A stretch of DNA of 64,000 bases from Flectonema sp. DT1601 (lineage: Eukaryota): contig OZ025783.1 in the NCBI GenBank assembly GCA_964019425.1, forward strand, positions 1,612,001-1,676,000, written 5' to 3'. A model generated the notes under the pieces. That model saw only the letters and a list, made by a program, of their open reading frames with translations, did not search any database and was not told the DNA's origin. Below are positions 33,780 to 44,927 of this stretch, piece after piece. The stretch's first letter is position 1. Each line of letters begins with the position of its first letter. Both the position numbers and the translations under genes were made by a program.

Positions 33780-34781
33780 ATGGCCATCCCTCTTAAAGAA
33801 ATCGAAGAAGCTACTGAAAGGATATCAGGTTATATTCACAGCACTCCAGTTATGACCTGTTCTACTGTGGATGAAATAGTTAATAAGAAAATTTACTTTA
33901 AGTGTGAGCATCTTCAAAAGGTCGGTGCTTTTAAAATTCGTGGAGCGCTAAACGCGATCGGAAAACTTCAAGAAGAAGGTCCTGTTACAGCTGTCGTAGC
34001 ACACTCATCTGGAAATCACGCACAAGCTGTAGCCCTAGCTGGAAAGTTAAAAGGCATCGAAACACACATCGTACTTCCGAGAACAGTGTCAGAAGTGAAG
34101 CGTATCGCTGTTGAAAAAACATACAACGCAAAAGTATACCTGAGTGATCCTACTTTCACTGCAAGGCAAGCTCTCTCTGAAGAAATTGTTGCTAAGACTA
34201 AGGGAATATTTATTCACCCGTACGATAATAGAAACCTTATTGCTGGTCAAGGTACTTGTGGATATGAATTTATTCATCAAGTCCCTGACTTGGATGCCGT
34301 AGTTGTCGCAATTGGAGGAGGTGGAATGATGACAGGAATGGGATCAGCTATAAAGGCTATTAACCCAAAGTGTCGAGTATTTGGTGCTGAACCTGTCATG
34401 GCTGACGATGCCTTTCGATCATTCCGAAACAAGAAACGAGTTGAGAAACACTCTCCGGGAAAACCGAATACGATTGCTGACGGTTTGGTTGGTGTCATCG
34501 CTGACTCGACTTTTAAAGGAATCTCAGAGATAGCGGAGGATATCATTTCAGTTACTGAAGCTGAGATTGCGATGGCGATGAAACTTTTAATGGAGCGAAT
34601 GAAACAAATAATTGAACCCTCAGGTGCTGTACCGCTAGCAGCGTTACTCTCTCCATCGTTTCCAAAAGATGACTCGATTAAGAAGGTTGGAATAGTCTTG
34701 AGTGGTGGTAATATTAATCTCTCAACGATACCTTTGATACTAAAACTAACTGAAGAAGGAAAGCAGTCCCCAAAACTATAA
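33780..34781 (+). CDS. SRR: Serine racemase paralog, C-terminal PKL
   Basis: Same motifs (AHSSGNHAQA); tandem duplicate offset by 1220 bp. Confidence 0.85.
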   Translation: MAIPLKEIEEATERISGYIHSTPVMTCSTVDEIVNKKIYFKCEHLQKVGAFKIRGALNAIGKLQEEGPVTAVVAHSSGNHAQAVALAGKLKGIETHIVLPRTVSEVKRIAVEKTYNAKVYLSDPTFTARQALSEEIVAKTKGIFIHPYDNRNLIAGQGTCGYEFIHQVPDLDAVVVAIGGGGMMTGMGSAIKAINPKCRVFGAEPVMADDAFRSFRNKKRVEKHSPGKPNTIADGLVGVIADSTFKGISEIAEDIISVTEAEIAMAMKLLMERMKQIIEPSGAVPLAALLSPSFPKDDSIKKVGIVLSGGNINLSTIPLILKLTEEGKQSPKL

Positions 34782-34951
34782 TCCCACGTGTTGTAGTAGT
34801 TGTTAGCTACTTTAATATTTTATTACTAAAAATAAGTGACATTAGCTGACTCTTGTTTTTGCTCACGGTAATCGGAGCATGTCAGGGTTGCTGTTGGTCT
34901 TATCTGATGGTGGAGTCAAACTCTTTACTTTCTCTAAACAGGAATCGAAGC

Positions 34952-36295
34952 ATGCCTCACGGTTATAATTTTTCCGATCGGGAAGACGGAGTGGACTGGT
35001 CCAGAGAAGTGCCGACCTTTTCGGGAAGATCATTCTTAGATCCAAAGATTGAAGTTCCAGAACTGACGGAACACGAAAAGGCTATCGAAGAATTGAGAGA
35101 TATGAATATGAATGCTGGATTTATCATGACTTTTCCAATTCCGGAATCTGGTAAATTGCCTGGTTGTGGCCATGCAGCGAAGAGAAAGCCGCAGCCTAAA
35201 AAGAAACCGCGCGCACCTCTGGAAGATGAGCTGCTGAAACCAAACCCTAACAGGAAGTACGAGCGTATGGTTGCTCATCATCTAAATCGTCAGTCGGCAA
35301 CGTGTTGTGCAACACTCGATAAGAAATATTGTTCAACAACAGGACAGCTTCATCAATTTCGAAACTGCAGGAACTGCAGCTCACCAAATAGTAAATTCTG
35401 CCCCGCAACGGGCCAACCTCACCAGCTTCGATCACCTCATCCATCATCCCCTGAGCCCTCTTCGAGTTCTGTACCGAACTCTGAAGTTAAGATTGTCAAG
35501 AAAATACGCAGCACCAGAAAAAGTGAATTACACGAAGAAGAGATCGCATCTCCGAGAACTACTCATCGACAGCAACGTATCGATGAGCTACTTGCGATAC
35601 AAATGTTAGAAGAGGAGGTGGGCTCAGCAATACTTGCAAACGGTACCAACAACAACAACGGCAACAACGACAACAACAACAACAACTCTATCACTAGTGT
35701 TGTCATCAGATCCATACCTGAAGAGACGGAAGAAGAAATTCGACTTCCTGCAGTGTTGCCGCAGCAGCAAATCGTTTCGACTCCACCAGTTGCTATTGAG
35801 CCATTGCCTATTCCTTCACCACCTTCACAACCAGCGGAGGCACCTCAACCTGTTCAATCCTCCAGCAGGCCGTCTGTTGCAAATCGAAGACCAGTTCGTC
35901 ATTCTGTTGGGTCGTCAGCTCCATTCGCAACTTCTTACAATTTACCATCACAGCCTGCAGCTCGTAGAGGAGCTACTCGTAATGAAGCTGGTGAATGGGA
36001 GCTGACGGACTTCTCGTATGAAAACCTTCTCGAGCTCGGCAGTATGGCAGTCTGCACTGGTCTTGGTAAAGCACAGCTGGCTGCCTTCAGAGCGCAGCCA
36101 TACAAATGTCCTTCTGACTGTAAAGCTGAACAATGTATTATATGCCTTGATGATCTTATTGAAGGTGAAGACTCTCAACGTATTATTTGTAAACACGTAT
36201 TTCATCACCAATGTGTTGTTGAGTGGTTAGCCAAGACAAACAAGTGTCCGACTTGCAGGTTTGAGATTCCACGAAAGGAGAAGCTAGTTACGTAA
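34952..36295 (+). CDS. RING-H2 E3 ubiquitin ligase
   Basis: SYENLLEL upstream of CIIC...CKHVFHHQC...WL...CPTCR; start chosen after the AG at 34941. Confidence 0.85.
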   Translation: MPHGYNFSDREDGVDWSREVPTFSGRSFLDPKIEVPELTEHEKAIEELRDMNMNAGFIMTFPIPESGKLPGCGHAAKRKPQPKKKPRAPLEDELLKPNPNRKYERMVAHHLNRQSATCCATLDKKYCSTTGQLHQFRNCRNCSSPNSKFCPATGQPHQLRSPHPSSPEPSSSSVPNSEVKIVKKIRSTRKSELHEEEIASPRTTHRQQRIDELLAIQMLEEEVGSAILANGTNNNNGNNDNNNNNSITSVVIRSIPEETEEEIRLPAVLPQQQIVSTPPVAIEPLPIPSPPSQPAEAPQPVQSSSRPSVANRRPVRHSVGSSAPFATSYNLPSQPAARRGATRNEAGEWELTDFSYENLLELGSMAVCTGLGKAQLAAFRAQPYKCPSDCKAEQCIICLDDLIEGEDSQRIICKHVFHHQCVVEWLAKTNKCPTCRFEIPRKEKLVT

Positions 36296-36562
36296 CCTTC
36301 TCAGGTTGTAATTATTGCACTCACTCAGCGGGTATCTGCATCTGGTTCGTTGCCTTTTTTCTCTCTCTTTGTCTTTTGACGCTCGTTGCCTGCTCATCTA
36401 TTGCATATCAATTAGAATGATAACATCCACCAGGTGAGTAGTCCATCCCCTTTCACAAACAATTATGTTCTGGTTTTATTTTGTGTTTTGAGTCGTTTGG
36501 TAAATTACAATCACGTTATTTCCCAAGTAGTAACCTCATGATTAAAGATGAAATAGTGTATA

Positions 36563-37771
36563 ATGCGACTACACTTCGAGAAGGGTTTGCAGCTATTAGG
36601 AGACAAGGCTCTGGCACAGCATTTTGAAGGAGCCTTAAAAAATGTTGGGAAGATAATAGAGAGAGACGGGGTATTTTCAATTGATAAAAAACAACGAGAG
36701 GAGATATCACTTCAAGTTATGACTCAAATCGATTGTTGGAGACAAGAGAAGTGTTTTGTTGGTGCCGTAACATACGGTAAGGCTATTCGTGTTGTTGGTT
36801 CCATTGGAAAAGGTTTTCAAGTTATAAAACTAATGAACTTAATGAAGAAAGACGGCTACCACTCAAGACAATGGATCTACGAACACTTGGCTATGAATCA
36901 TGCGAGGGAAGGGAATCTTGGTGGAGTTCAAAAGTGTCTTTCAGACATACTAAAAAATGGATGGCGATGCAGTTCTTCGATGTATGATGCGGCATTCATC
37001 TGTTTTGGAATATTACAAGATGATGATCAAATATTAAAAGTTTTTAACACGATGTGTAAATCTGGTGTGTCTGTAACTGAAACTACTCTATCAAGTTCTC
37101 TTAAATCCTGTTCTCATCCGGATACTGCTCGACAATTGTTTGTAATGTTTGAAGACCTTCATATAACAAAACCAATACAAATATACAACAATATGTTGTT
37201 AGTTTATTTAAAATATCTGACTCCTCCTGATAGACAGTCTAAAGCAATTTCATTAACTAAAAAGACAACATTATCAGATGATCAACGGCAACAAGAACGT
37301 AAGAAAGCACAATACTTCTTCAGACATGAGATTCCATTAGAGAAGAACACCACAACGTATAATATGATGTTAAAGATTGACTCGTTGTTTTCTGATGTAA
37401 ATCAAGTAGTCACAACATATAAAATGATGTCTCAAAACAACATAAAACCAAACGTCCAAACTCACATGACGATAATCAGATGTGTAGCTGATGCTTTAAA
37501 TAAACCTATTCTCCAATCTTCTAGTTCTTCACTTGTCAATATAGCAAAGGCTGCTTATAAAGTAGCCAGCATGCAACCTGGTTATAGAAACTCAACACAT
37601 TTAAGGTTAAAACTTGCTGAAGTATTTTCAAATGCAGGTATGGTTACCAAACTAGAGCAGTTAATGACTGATACTAAGACAGGAGAGGTTTCCAATCGTA
37701 AATTACATCCCGCGTTTAATATTTATTTAGAAAAAGCGAAGCAAAAGTCGGTGAAAGCGACGAATGCGTGA
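36563..37771 (+). CDS. Pentatricopeptide-repeat (PPR)-like protein
   Basis: VTYGKAI, IYNNMLLVY, TTYNMMLK, MSQNNIKPNVQTHMTII. Confidence 0.7.
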   Translation: MRLHFEKGLQLLGDKALAQHFEGALKNVGKIIERDGVFSIDKKQREEISLQVMTQIDCWRQEKCFVGAVTYGKAIRVVGSIGKGFQVIKLMNLMKKDGYHSRQWIYEHLAMNHAREGNLGGVQKCLSDILKNGWRCSSSMYDAAFICFGILQDDDQILKVFNTMCKSGVSVTETTLSSSLKSCSHPDTARQLFVMFEDLHITKPIQIYNNMLLVYLKYLTPPDRQSKAISLTKKTTLSDDQRQQERKKAQYFFRHEIPLEKNTTTYNMMLKIDSLFSDVNQVVTTYKMMSQNNIKPNVQTHMTIIRCVADALNKPILQSSSSSLVNIAKAAYKVASMQPGYRNSTHLRLKLAEVFSNAGMVTKLEQLMTDTKTGEVSNRKLHPAFNIYLEKAKQKSVKATNA

Positions 37772-37852
37772 AACGCATTTTTACTTCATTTTTGTGATGT
37801 GTGATGTCTTTGTTAAAATAAATTCGTATCTCTCTTTTTTTGCAGTCATAAT

Positions 37853-39811
37853 ATGACTTCTGAAAAATGTTCATCACCACTCCCGATAATCCATCGAATT
37901 GAAGCAACAGATGGAGGAGTTATCTCACGAAGCATTGCGAGGAGTTTAGATGGTCGATGTGTTGGGGTCAGTCAATTATCACCATTTGAAGCGAGAATGA
38001 TTGGACCCCAAACAGCATCACTGGCAAGATCAGAATCTCAAAATATGTTGTGGAAACGAAGCGGGTCATCAATTTTCAAACCTGAAAACCAAAGTGAGAC
38101 ATCAAATCAGACTCAACAACCACAAGCACCATCTCAGATTGTTGAAATTGAAATTAGAAAATCAAGTTTTATGCAAACACTTATAAATGCTATTAACGTC
38201 CTACTCGGAATCGGAATCTTATCTCTACCTTACGCATTTAGTAAGGGAGGTTATGTCACGATGGTGGTACTAGCAGGTGTTTCTGTTGCAGCTGGTTACA
38301 CAGCTCACTTACTGGGAGCAATGCAACGAGATATTATTATGATCTCTGGTGCTATCACTAAGTCTGGAGAGTCTTCAGCATGCAATGGTACGTATAAAAT
38401 AAACAAAGACAAATCAACATCAGATCGAACATCATGGATTAAACTAAACAATTCTTGGAAACTATATTGGGAACATGACCAGTGGCATGTTGTTCCTCAG
38501 GATGTACCGTCTCCGTCAGAAAAAACATCATTTTTTAAAATTCAAGAAGTTGGATATTCTTCAGTTATTACAACCAATCAGTTCCCTTTGAGAAATGATC
38601 AAACGCCTTTCACGAATAGTGATTGGATTGTATTCGGAAAAGAGGATACGTATCAAAAGATAACTACCAGAGATAGCAGTACGTATTTCTCACTAAATTT
38701 GGATTGCCTTGACATTTCTTCTCCAAGAATTGATCATGATGAAACTGTTAATACATTTATCCATAGAGGAAGTCCTCAAGAAGAACAACAACAACAAGAC
38801 CAGTCTCTAGGACCAACTATCTCAACCTTAGATCAATACGTTGATATGGGCCTCGCGTCTTTTGGAACTTCTGGTTGTTTAGTATTGAAGATTTTGTTCT
38901 TTTTGGAACTATTCTTGTTTTTAGTATCAGCAATAATTGTCATGAAGGAGAACGTTGCTCAAATATCTAATTTTCTACCTGGCTACGCAATGACCCTTTG
39001 TGTTGGTGTAGTAGTGTGGCCTACAGCAATGGTAAGAGACTTTTCTATGTTGAGTTGGTTATCGTTTGTTGGGTTTCTGTCGTGTTTCGTATTGCTGTCA
39101 TCAGTCGTTTACACGGCGTTTGTGACTACTAAAGCTGATCCACCGGGACAAGGAAATATAATAAACCATGCAACAGATCAAGAAGTATTCATATTCAAAA
39201 CACTCTCACTCTCTTTTTCTTTAATTATGTCATCATTTGGTGGACACAGTCTGTTTCCTGTACTCAGATCTGACATGCAAGACCCGAGTGAATATGGAAA
39301 AGTTGTTTCTTTAAGCTTCTCAGTGACAGCTTTATACTGTTGTGTAATAGGCATTTTGGGTTATATAATGTTCGGAGAAGGATGTAAAGATGTCATTGTT
39401 TTGAATTATCCAACAGGTGTTGTTACGAACATCACCGCCGCGAGTATCGCTGCTGTTTGCTTTTCTAAGTTTGGAATTTCTTTTAATGCTTTGTGTTTGG
39501 ATCTTGAGAGGTCACTCAGTAGTGTTCTGGGATCAAGAAAACAGTCTTGGCACTTGTTTGCCTTTCGATGCTTCATGATGATCAGTATTACTGGTACCGC
39601 TATTCTTATTCCTCATTTTGGTGTTTTAATGTCGCTTGTTGGCGCTGCTATTTCTTGTTCGATTTCTTTAATATTTCCATGTTTGGCATACCTCCGACTC
39701 TGTGGATCGGAATTGAGCACCTTCTATTACTACAGCAACGTCGCTTTCATCGCTATTGCTGTCTACTTCGCGATTACTGGAACAATAAACTCTGTTGGAG
39801 TTGATCTCTAA
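37853..39811 (+). CDS. Amino acid/auxin permease (Aa_trans, AVT-like) with a large inserted soluble segment
   Basis: NAINVLLGIGILSLPYAF, FGGHSLFP...MQDP, IPHFGVLMSLVGA...IFPCL; about 11 hydrophobic helices. Confidence 0.88.
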   Translation: MTSEKCSSPLPIIHRIEATDGGVISRSIARSLDGRCVGVSQLSPFEARMIGPQTASLARSESQNMLWKRSGSSIFKPENQSETSNQTQQPQAPSQIVEIEIRKSSFMQTLINAINVLLGIGILSLPYAFSKGGYVTMVVLAGVSVAAGYTAHLLGAMQRDIIMISGAITKSGESSACNGTYKINKDKSTSDRTSWIKLNNSWKLYWEHDQWHVVPQDVPSPSEKTSFFKIQEVGYSSVITTNQFPLRNDQTPFTNSDWIVFGKEDTYQKITTRDSSTYFSLNLDCLDISSPRIDHDETVNTFIHRGSPQEEQQQQDQSLGPTISTLDQYVDMGLASFGTSGCLVLKILFFLELFLFLVSAIIVMKENVAQISNFLPGYAMTLCVGVVVWPTAMVRDFSMLSWLSFVGFLSCFVLLSSVVYTAFVTTKADPPGQGNIINHATDQEVFIFKTLSLSFSLIMSSFGGHSLFPVLRSDMQDPSEYGKVVSLSFSVTALYCCVIGILGYIMFGEGCKDVIVLNYPTGVVTNITAASIAAVCFSKFGISFNALCLDLERSLSSVLGSRKQSWHLFAFRCFMMISITGTAILIPHFGVLMSLVGAAISCSISLIFPCLAYLRLCGSELSTFYYYSNVAFIAIAVYFAITGTINSVGVDL

Positions 39812-40230
39812 TAGTTTGATTTCTTTTTTTTTTTTTAAATTATTATTTCTTTTTATAAAATCCGTTCAAAAGTCTTCTCTTTTAAAGGCTCTCTGGAGCT
39901 CAATTCATTCTATATTTCTTTCATTATATGTTTATGTTAGGGAAAAATCATCCTCACGGAAATGATTTCCTTTCATAGGTAAGCCGTGCTCCCATTATTT
40001 GATTTCTTTTTCACACAATTATCTATCCGATCTTGATAAGAAGGTATTGATCACTTCTTCTAAATTCACTGTCTGGCAATTCCTTGTTAGTTACTTCTTC
40101 TTGTTGGATGTAAGTACCTTTTTTATATTCAAACAGATGACAGATAAAACATAATAATATCAATCGTGAGGAGTATGTTGTAGTTTTCAACTTCTTATAT
40201 TGTCGAGTAGGTTCATTACAAATAGATGAG

Positions 40231-40419
40231 ATGACTCACGACGGCGATCCATCTTCAGTTCACTTTAAGAGTCAAAAGCGTACTGGTGAAGATTCTTCTG
40301 GAAAAGTTTTTATTTCAAACGTTGATGGAAAGAAGTTACCTCACAGCGCGTTTGTTGCTGCCGGGATGGTCGACGTGAAGACTTCGAAACATAATTTTAT
40401 AGACATGTATGGATTCTAA
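40231..40419 (+). CDS. Possible small protein (62 aa)
   Basis: Homopolymer-free ORF with an AG just upstream; no recognisable motif. Confidence 0.3.
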   Translation: MTHDGDPSSVHFKSQKRTGEDSSGKVFISNVDGKKLPHSAFVAAGMVDVKTSKHNFIDMYGF

Positions 40420-40648
40420 TTAATGGATAGAAATACTTATCTCTGAGTTCTTTAGTAATTTGTATTTCTAATTTTGGCAGTTACACTTTTCCTGTTCTTG
40501 TTTTTTTTTTTTTTTTTTTTTTGTCTGGTGATAAACTCTTATCGTACGTCTTTATACCACAAGACAAATAGTAAGCGTTGTTTCAATTGTCTGGAAGCAT
40601 GTCATCAAATTGAGTGCGTGAAATATTACTTTACTACAGTCAGTTAAC

Positions 40649-43600
40649 ATGATGTACCGTTGGCTGTGTCTGCTGACTTTATTGATAGTAGTGATAGCTA
40701 CTTCTCCTCTCAGTGACTGCTACGATGCGGTTGATTTTGGATGTGATAATTTCTTTGACGGAGGATTCTTTCAAAACCCGGTACTAAAAGACATGGCATG
40801 TAAACAATGGTGTTGTTCTCCTGGATCTATGTGGTGCAGTGAAGATTACCATTTTAACACTAAAACACCTACTGGAGATGATCTCTGCCCCAAAGATATC
40901 TGTCCAACATGTGGACAATGTACTTCAAGATGTGGTAATTTTAATATGACCAAATGTCCAGCAGGTCCTATTGAAAAGAATTACTCTCACATAGAATGTG
41001 GTAATAAAACATGTAACGAAGACCAATGTTGTTTAGATATCTGTTCTTGTTTGCATGATTGGGAATACAATGGTGAAGTTTTTAACGGTTGTCAGAATAC
41101 AGAGGCTTTCGGATACAAAAATATTGGAACTCAGTGGTGTAGAGTTCACAAAGACTGTAACTCCAGTAGACTTGATCCAGAAAGCTACCTCATCGCTTGT
41201 GATCCCGTAATCGACGTTGATTGCGTTGACAATACTCAATTTAAAATATGTAACGTTACGGAACCATATTCTCTTACTAACTGTCCTCCTGGTTTTAATA
41301 CAACGACTGGTGTTAAAGATTCGTACACTTATAGCTGTAATGGAACAAATCAATTCTGTACTCTACCAGAGTTAGAAGCTTGGGAAGTATGTTTAAATGA
41401 TCCTTGGGGATGTTGTGGAGTAACAGATGATCAGAATATTACGGGTAATTACATTCTAGTTTCATGTTATGATGGAGAATGGAGGAATTCGACTAATCCA
41501 GTTTGTGACAAACTTCAGCCAACGACAGCTGCGCCGCCAACGTTGGTGCCAACTGCGGTCCCGACTATGATTCCTGAGACGTTGGTGCCAACTTCATTAC
41601 CTGAAACAGAGATTCCGTTAACAGGAATACCAACAATTACACCGATTCGGGTACCTAACACTACAGCACAACCACAACCTGGTGTGACAGATAACCCAGC
41701 GACGTCAACACCAGTGTCTACAACACCATCTCCAACTAGTATTCCTGCAAACGTTCCAACAAGTGTTCCGTCAACAGCAATCCCAGCACCACCACCGATA
41801 CCACCAACTGCTATTCCTACCTCAGTTCCTACCCCAGTTCCTACCCCAGTTCCAACTCCTATTCCAACTCCTATTCCACCTCCGACACCTGTCCCAACAC
41901 CCGTACCAACTCCGGTACCTACGGTTATTTTCAGCCCTCGTTTTGGGCACTGTCCGCCTGGGTTTTCGGTATGTTTGTTTAATATTATTATAACATCACA
42001 TACAGCTGATGAGATACTAATTATTGAGTTGTGTTGATTCTAAGTTAGAATGTTACTTGTTGTGTGAAGATGTAATAACCTTACCAACACATTCATTCTC
42101 ATGTGGTCGATACAATAACACAAAACAGTTATCGAAAGGATTCTACCACCATTCGACGAAGAATTTCCACTGTGACGGACTTCCTGGGCAATGTTCAATT
42201 GTTCCTTGGGATGCCTATACGAAGTGCATGTCGATGGCTACCTGCTGTGTGTTTTTATTTCTTTAGCTTCACACAAACACTTCACCCATTGGTACCAAGA
42301 CACAACAATTATAACAAATGTGTTTACAGCGACTCTAAATGGTCATATTATAATATAATACAAAACACAGGCATTGTAATGGAACAGACGGGTACTAAGG
42401 AATATCTATTAGGTGGTTGTGAACCTGACAGTATTCAACTTATTGGTAATGGTGATGTTTATTCAGCTTGTGTTAAAGGTTTGTCATTTGGAACGTGTTT
42501 TTCTTTTTTCTTAATATTAACTTCCTGAATGACTAACAAAAACAGAGCGACTATCCAGCTGTCCAACATCATACACGATGACTACCTTCCCTGATGAATT
42601 GTCTGGTACTATATTCTGTAATGGATCGATAAGTACTCAGCGATGTGAGATAGCTTCACAGGCGGCTGCATTTCAGACCTGTGATCACACAAAAGGCTGC
42701 TGTTCAGTTTTACAAATCCCAACTACTGGAACGTACGAACTTCGTACCTGTCCTTCAAATCAAACTGCGGGAACGATTCGAACTGGTTGTGTTAGACATT
42801 TTCACCCGAGATTGGGTAATTGTCCAATAGGATATTCGGTATGGTTTTTATATGATTAGTCACTACTTAACGTGATGAAGGAAATTAATTAATACTAACT
42901 TTACAAACAGTCTCAAAAAAGTTACTTTCATATCGCCTCTAAGAACTTAACGTCTTGTACTGATGCTGTCGTTTTGCATCAAAATTGTACTTATCCTCCG
43001 CTAAGCGCATTTGATAAATGTAATGCGGATACTGACTGTTGTATGTTGTCTTTTTGTATATTCATTTTTGTTGAATTGCTTTTTTGATCAAATGGAAAAA
43101 GAGAAAACACACAAACAGGTGTCGTGATGGAAGACTCTGCATTCCCCAACTACATCCTGGGTGGGTGTAGCGACAAATATGTACAACTTATTAATGAGGG
43201 AGTTCGTTATGCGAGTTGTGTGAAAGGTTTGTTTTTTATTTATTTTAAAAATAAAGACTTAGTTTGTGTCATCTATTTTCTATAATAACACAAACAGATG
43301 GTTACGAGTCGAAACCGGTACCGGAACCAGCAGCTCCTCCAGAAACATTATGGGAAGAGTGGAGGACACTATGGATTGTGTCAATCGCAGTGGCTGGGAC
43401 TCTTTGTTGTATTCTGATCTGTTGTAAGCTACGACGGAATCCAAAACAAAATCAAACTGATCAATGGAGTACTACTTACTTTAATCCAATTATTGAGGAT
43501 GAGTATCAAAATGGAACTGCAGAACTGAAGGTTCGCTGTAGCTCTTGTGGAAGTCTTTCTCCATCGACCACTGGAATATGTCCATCTTGTGACAGAACTT

Positions 43601-43692
43601 CAATTCCGAGAACTGCAACACAAATGAAACTAATGAGTGACAAGGGAGGGAAACATGTTTTTATGAAGAACTTAAAGTCTATGTTTGTTTAG
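40649..43692 (+). CDS. Type I Cys-rich/mucin-like surface glycoprotein, 7 exons (introns 41969-42128, 42247-42370, 42479-42545, 42839-42910, 43041-43118, 43227-43297)
   Basis: Signal peptide, FN2-like CSCLHDWEYNGEVFNGC...WC, P/T-rich stalk, duplicated Cys modules, TM LWIVSIAVAGTLCCILICC, cytosolic CxxC-x10-CxxC. Confidence 0.8.
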
Positions 43693-43880
43693 AGAACAGT
43701 GAACGGATCAAAACAGACTTCTCAGACTATCATTTGATTTGCAGCATATCATTCTCTTCTCTATAGTCGAAAAATTATCGTTTTTCAAATTTAATTATTT
43801 AGAAATTAAGAAATGAAGTGTGAGTTTATTTTTTTATATTTTTTTTAATTCCCCTCAACTGTTGCTTATAGATTTTTTTT

Positions 43881-43912
<32 letters not shown>

Positions 43913-43914
43913 CT

Positions 43915-44216
43915 GAGATTTTCGCTATTGGGAATGTCATTTTCGCTATTCACTAAAAGCAGTAACTTTTTTTTCGCTGTTCACTACAAGTTACAAATTT
44001 TTTTTCGCTATTCACTACAAGTTACAACTTTTTCCACATTTTTTTTTTTCCCCCTTTTTTTTTTTTTTTTTTTCATATGAACAGCGAAAAAAAAATTTTT
44101 TTTGTTACTGAATAGAGAAAAAAAATTATCACTTTCAGTGAACGGCGGAAAACAAAAAAATTCTTTTACTGAATAGCGAAAATGGAATTATTGGACCCCC
44201 CAATAGCGAAAATCTC
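43915..44216. mobile_element. Non-autonomous foldback MITE (Mutator-like?), 302 bp
   Basis: Perfect 18-bp TIR gagattttcgctattggg / cccaatagcgaaaatctc; subterminal TTTTCGCTRTTCA repeats mirrored in the right arm; T-rich 9-bp flanks match at 8 of 9 positions. Confidence 0.8.
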
Positions 44217-44755
44217 TTTTTTTTTTGTTAAAAAAATTGTTATTTTGTTTGTTTATTGTGCATTATTTATAAGTAACTTTGTTGTAGTCATAAAAACCAA
44301 ATAGCTGCACAAAATATTTGCCTTTTCGAAGTTGTCAGGAGGCTTGGTAAGTACTCTCTCCGAATGACGAGGAGAGGGAGTAACCCATGCATGCTTGTGT
44401 TATATTTGTTTTTTTCCTTTGTTGGGAAATCACGTTTTACTTTTATCCTTAGAACTATTGTTATTGTTTGTATCCGAATTCTGTTTTTTTTTTTTTTTTT
44501 TTTCTCTTTTCTATTGCAGCCTCTGAAAACTAAATTAATTCCTCGGTGTCAGAATTTAATTATTTTTTTTTCTTTTCTTTTTCTGCCCTGCGATCGTGTT
44601 ACTTGTTTGCTGGTTTTCCTGCCTGTTATTTCTTTTTTTTTTATGTTGTTGTTCAGTTTTTATTTCTCAATTTCTTTTGGTTTTAGTTTAAGATAACTAA
44701 TAAATAAGTAGGCGTTTGCCACACTATCCAAAAAAAGAATTTACGTTTTTTCCAC

Positions 44756-44786
<31 letters not shown>

Positions 44787-44927
44787 TTATTTTTGTCTTA
44801 CATTAAACGTAATAGAACTGCTGAATCTTTTCATATCGATTGATTTAAAAAAGCATGTTGTTTCTTTAATATTGCTGTAGTCTTTGCATGAGTTTAAATT
44901 TCAAACCAACACTAATAGGTTGCTAAC

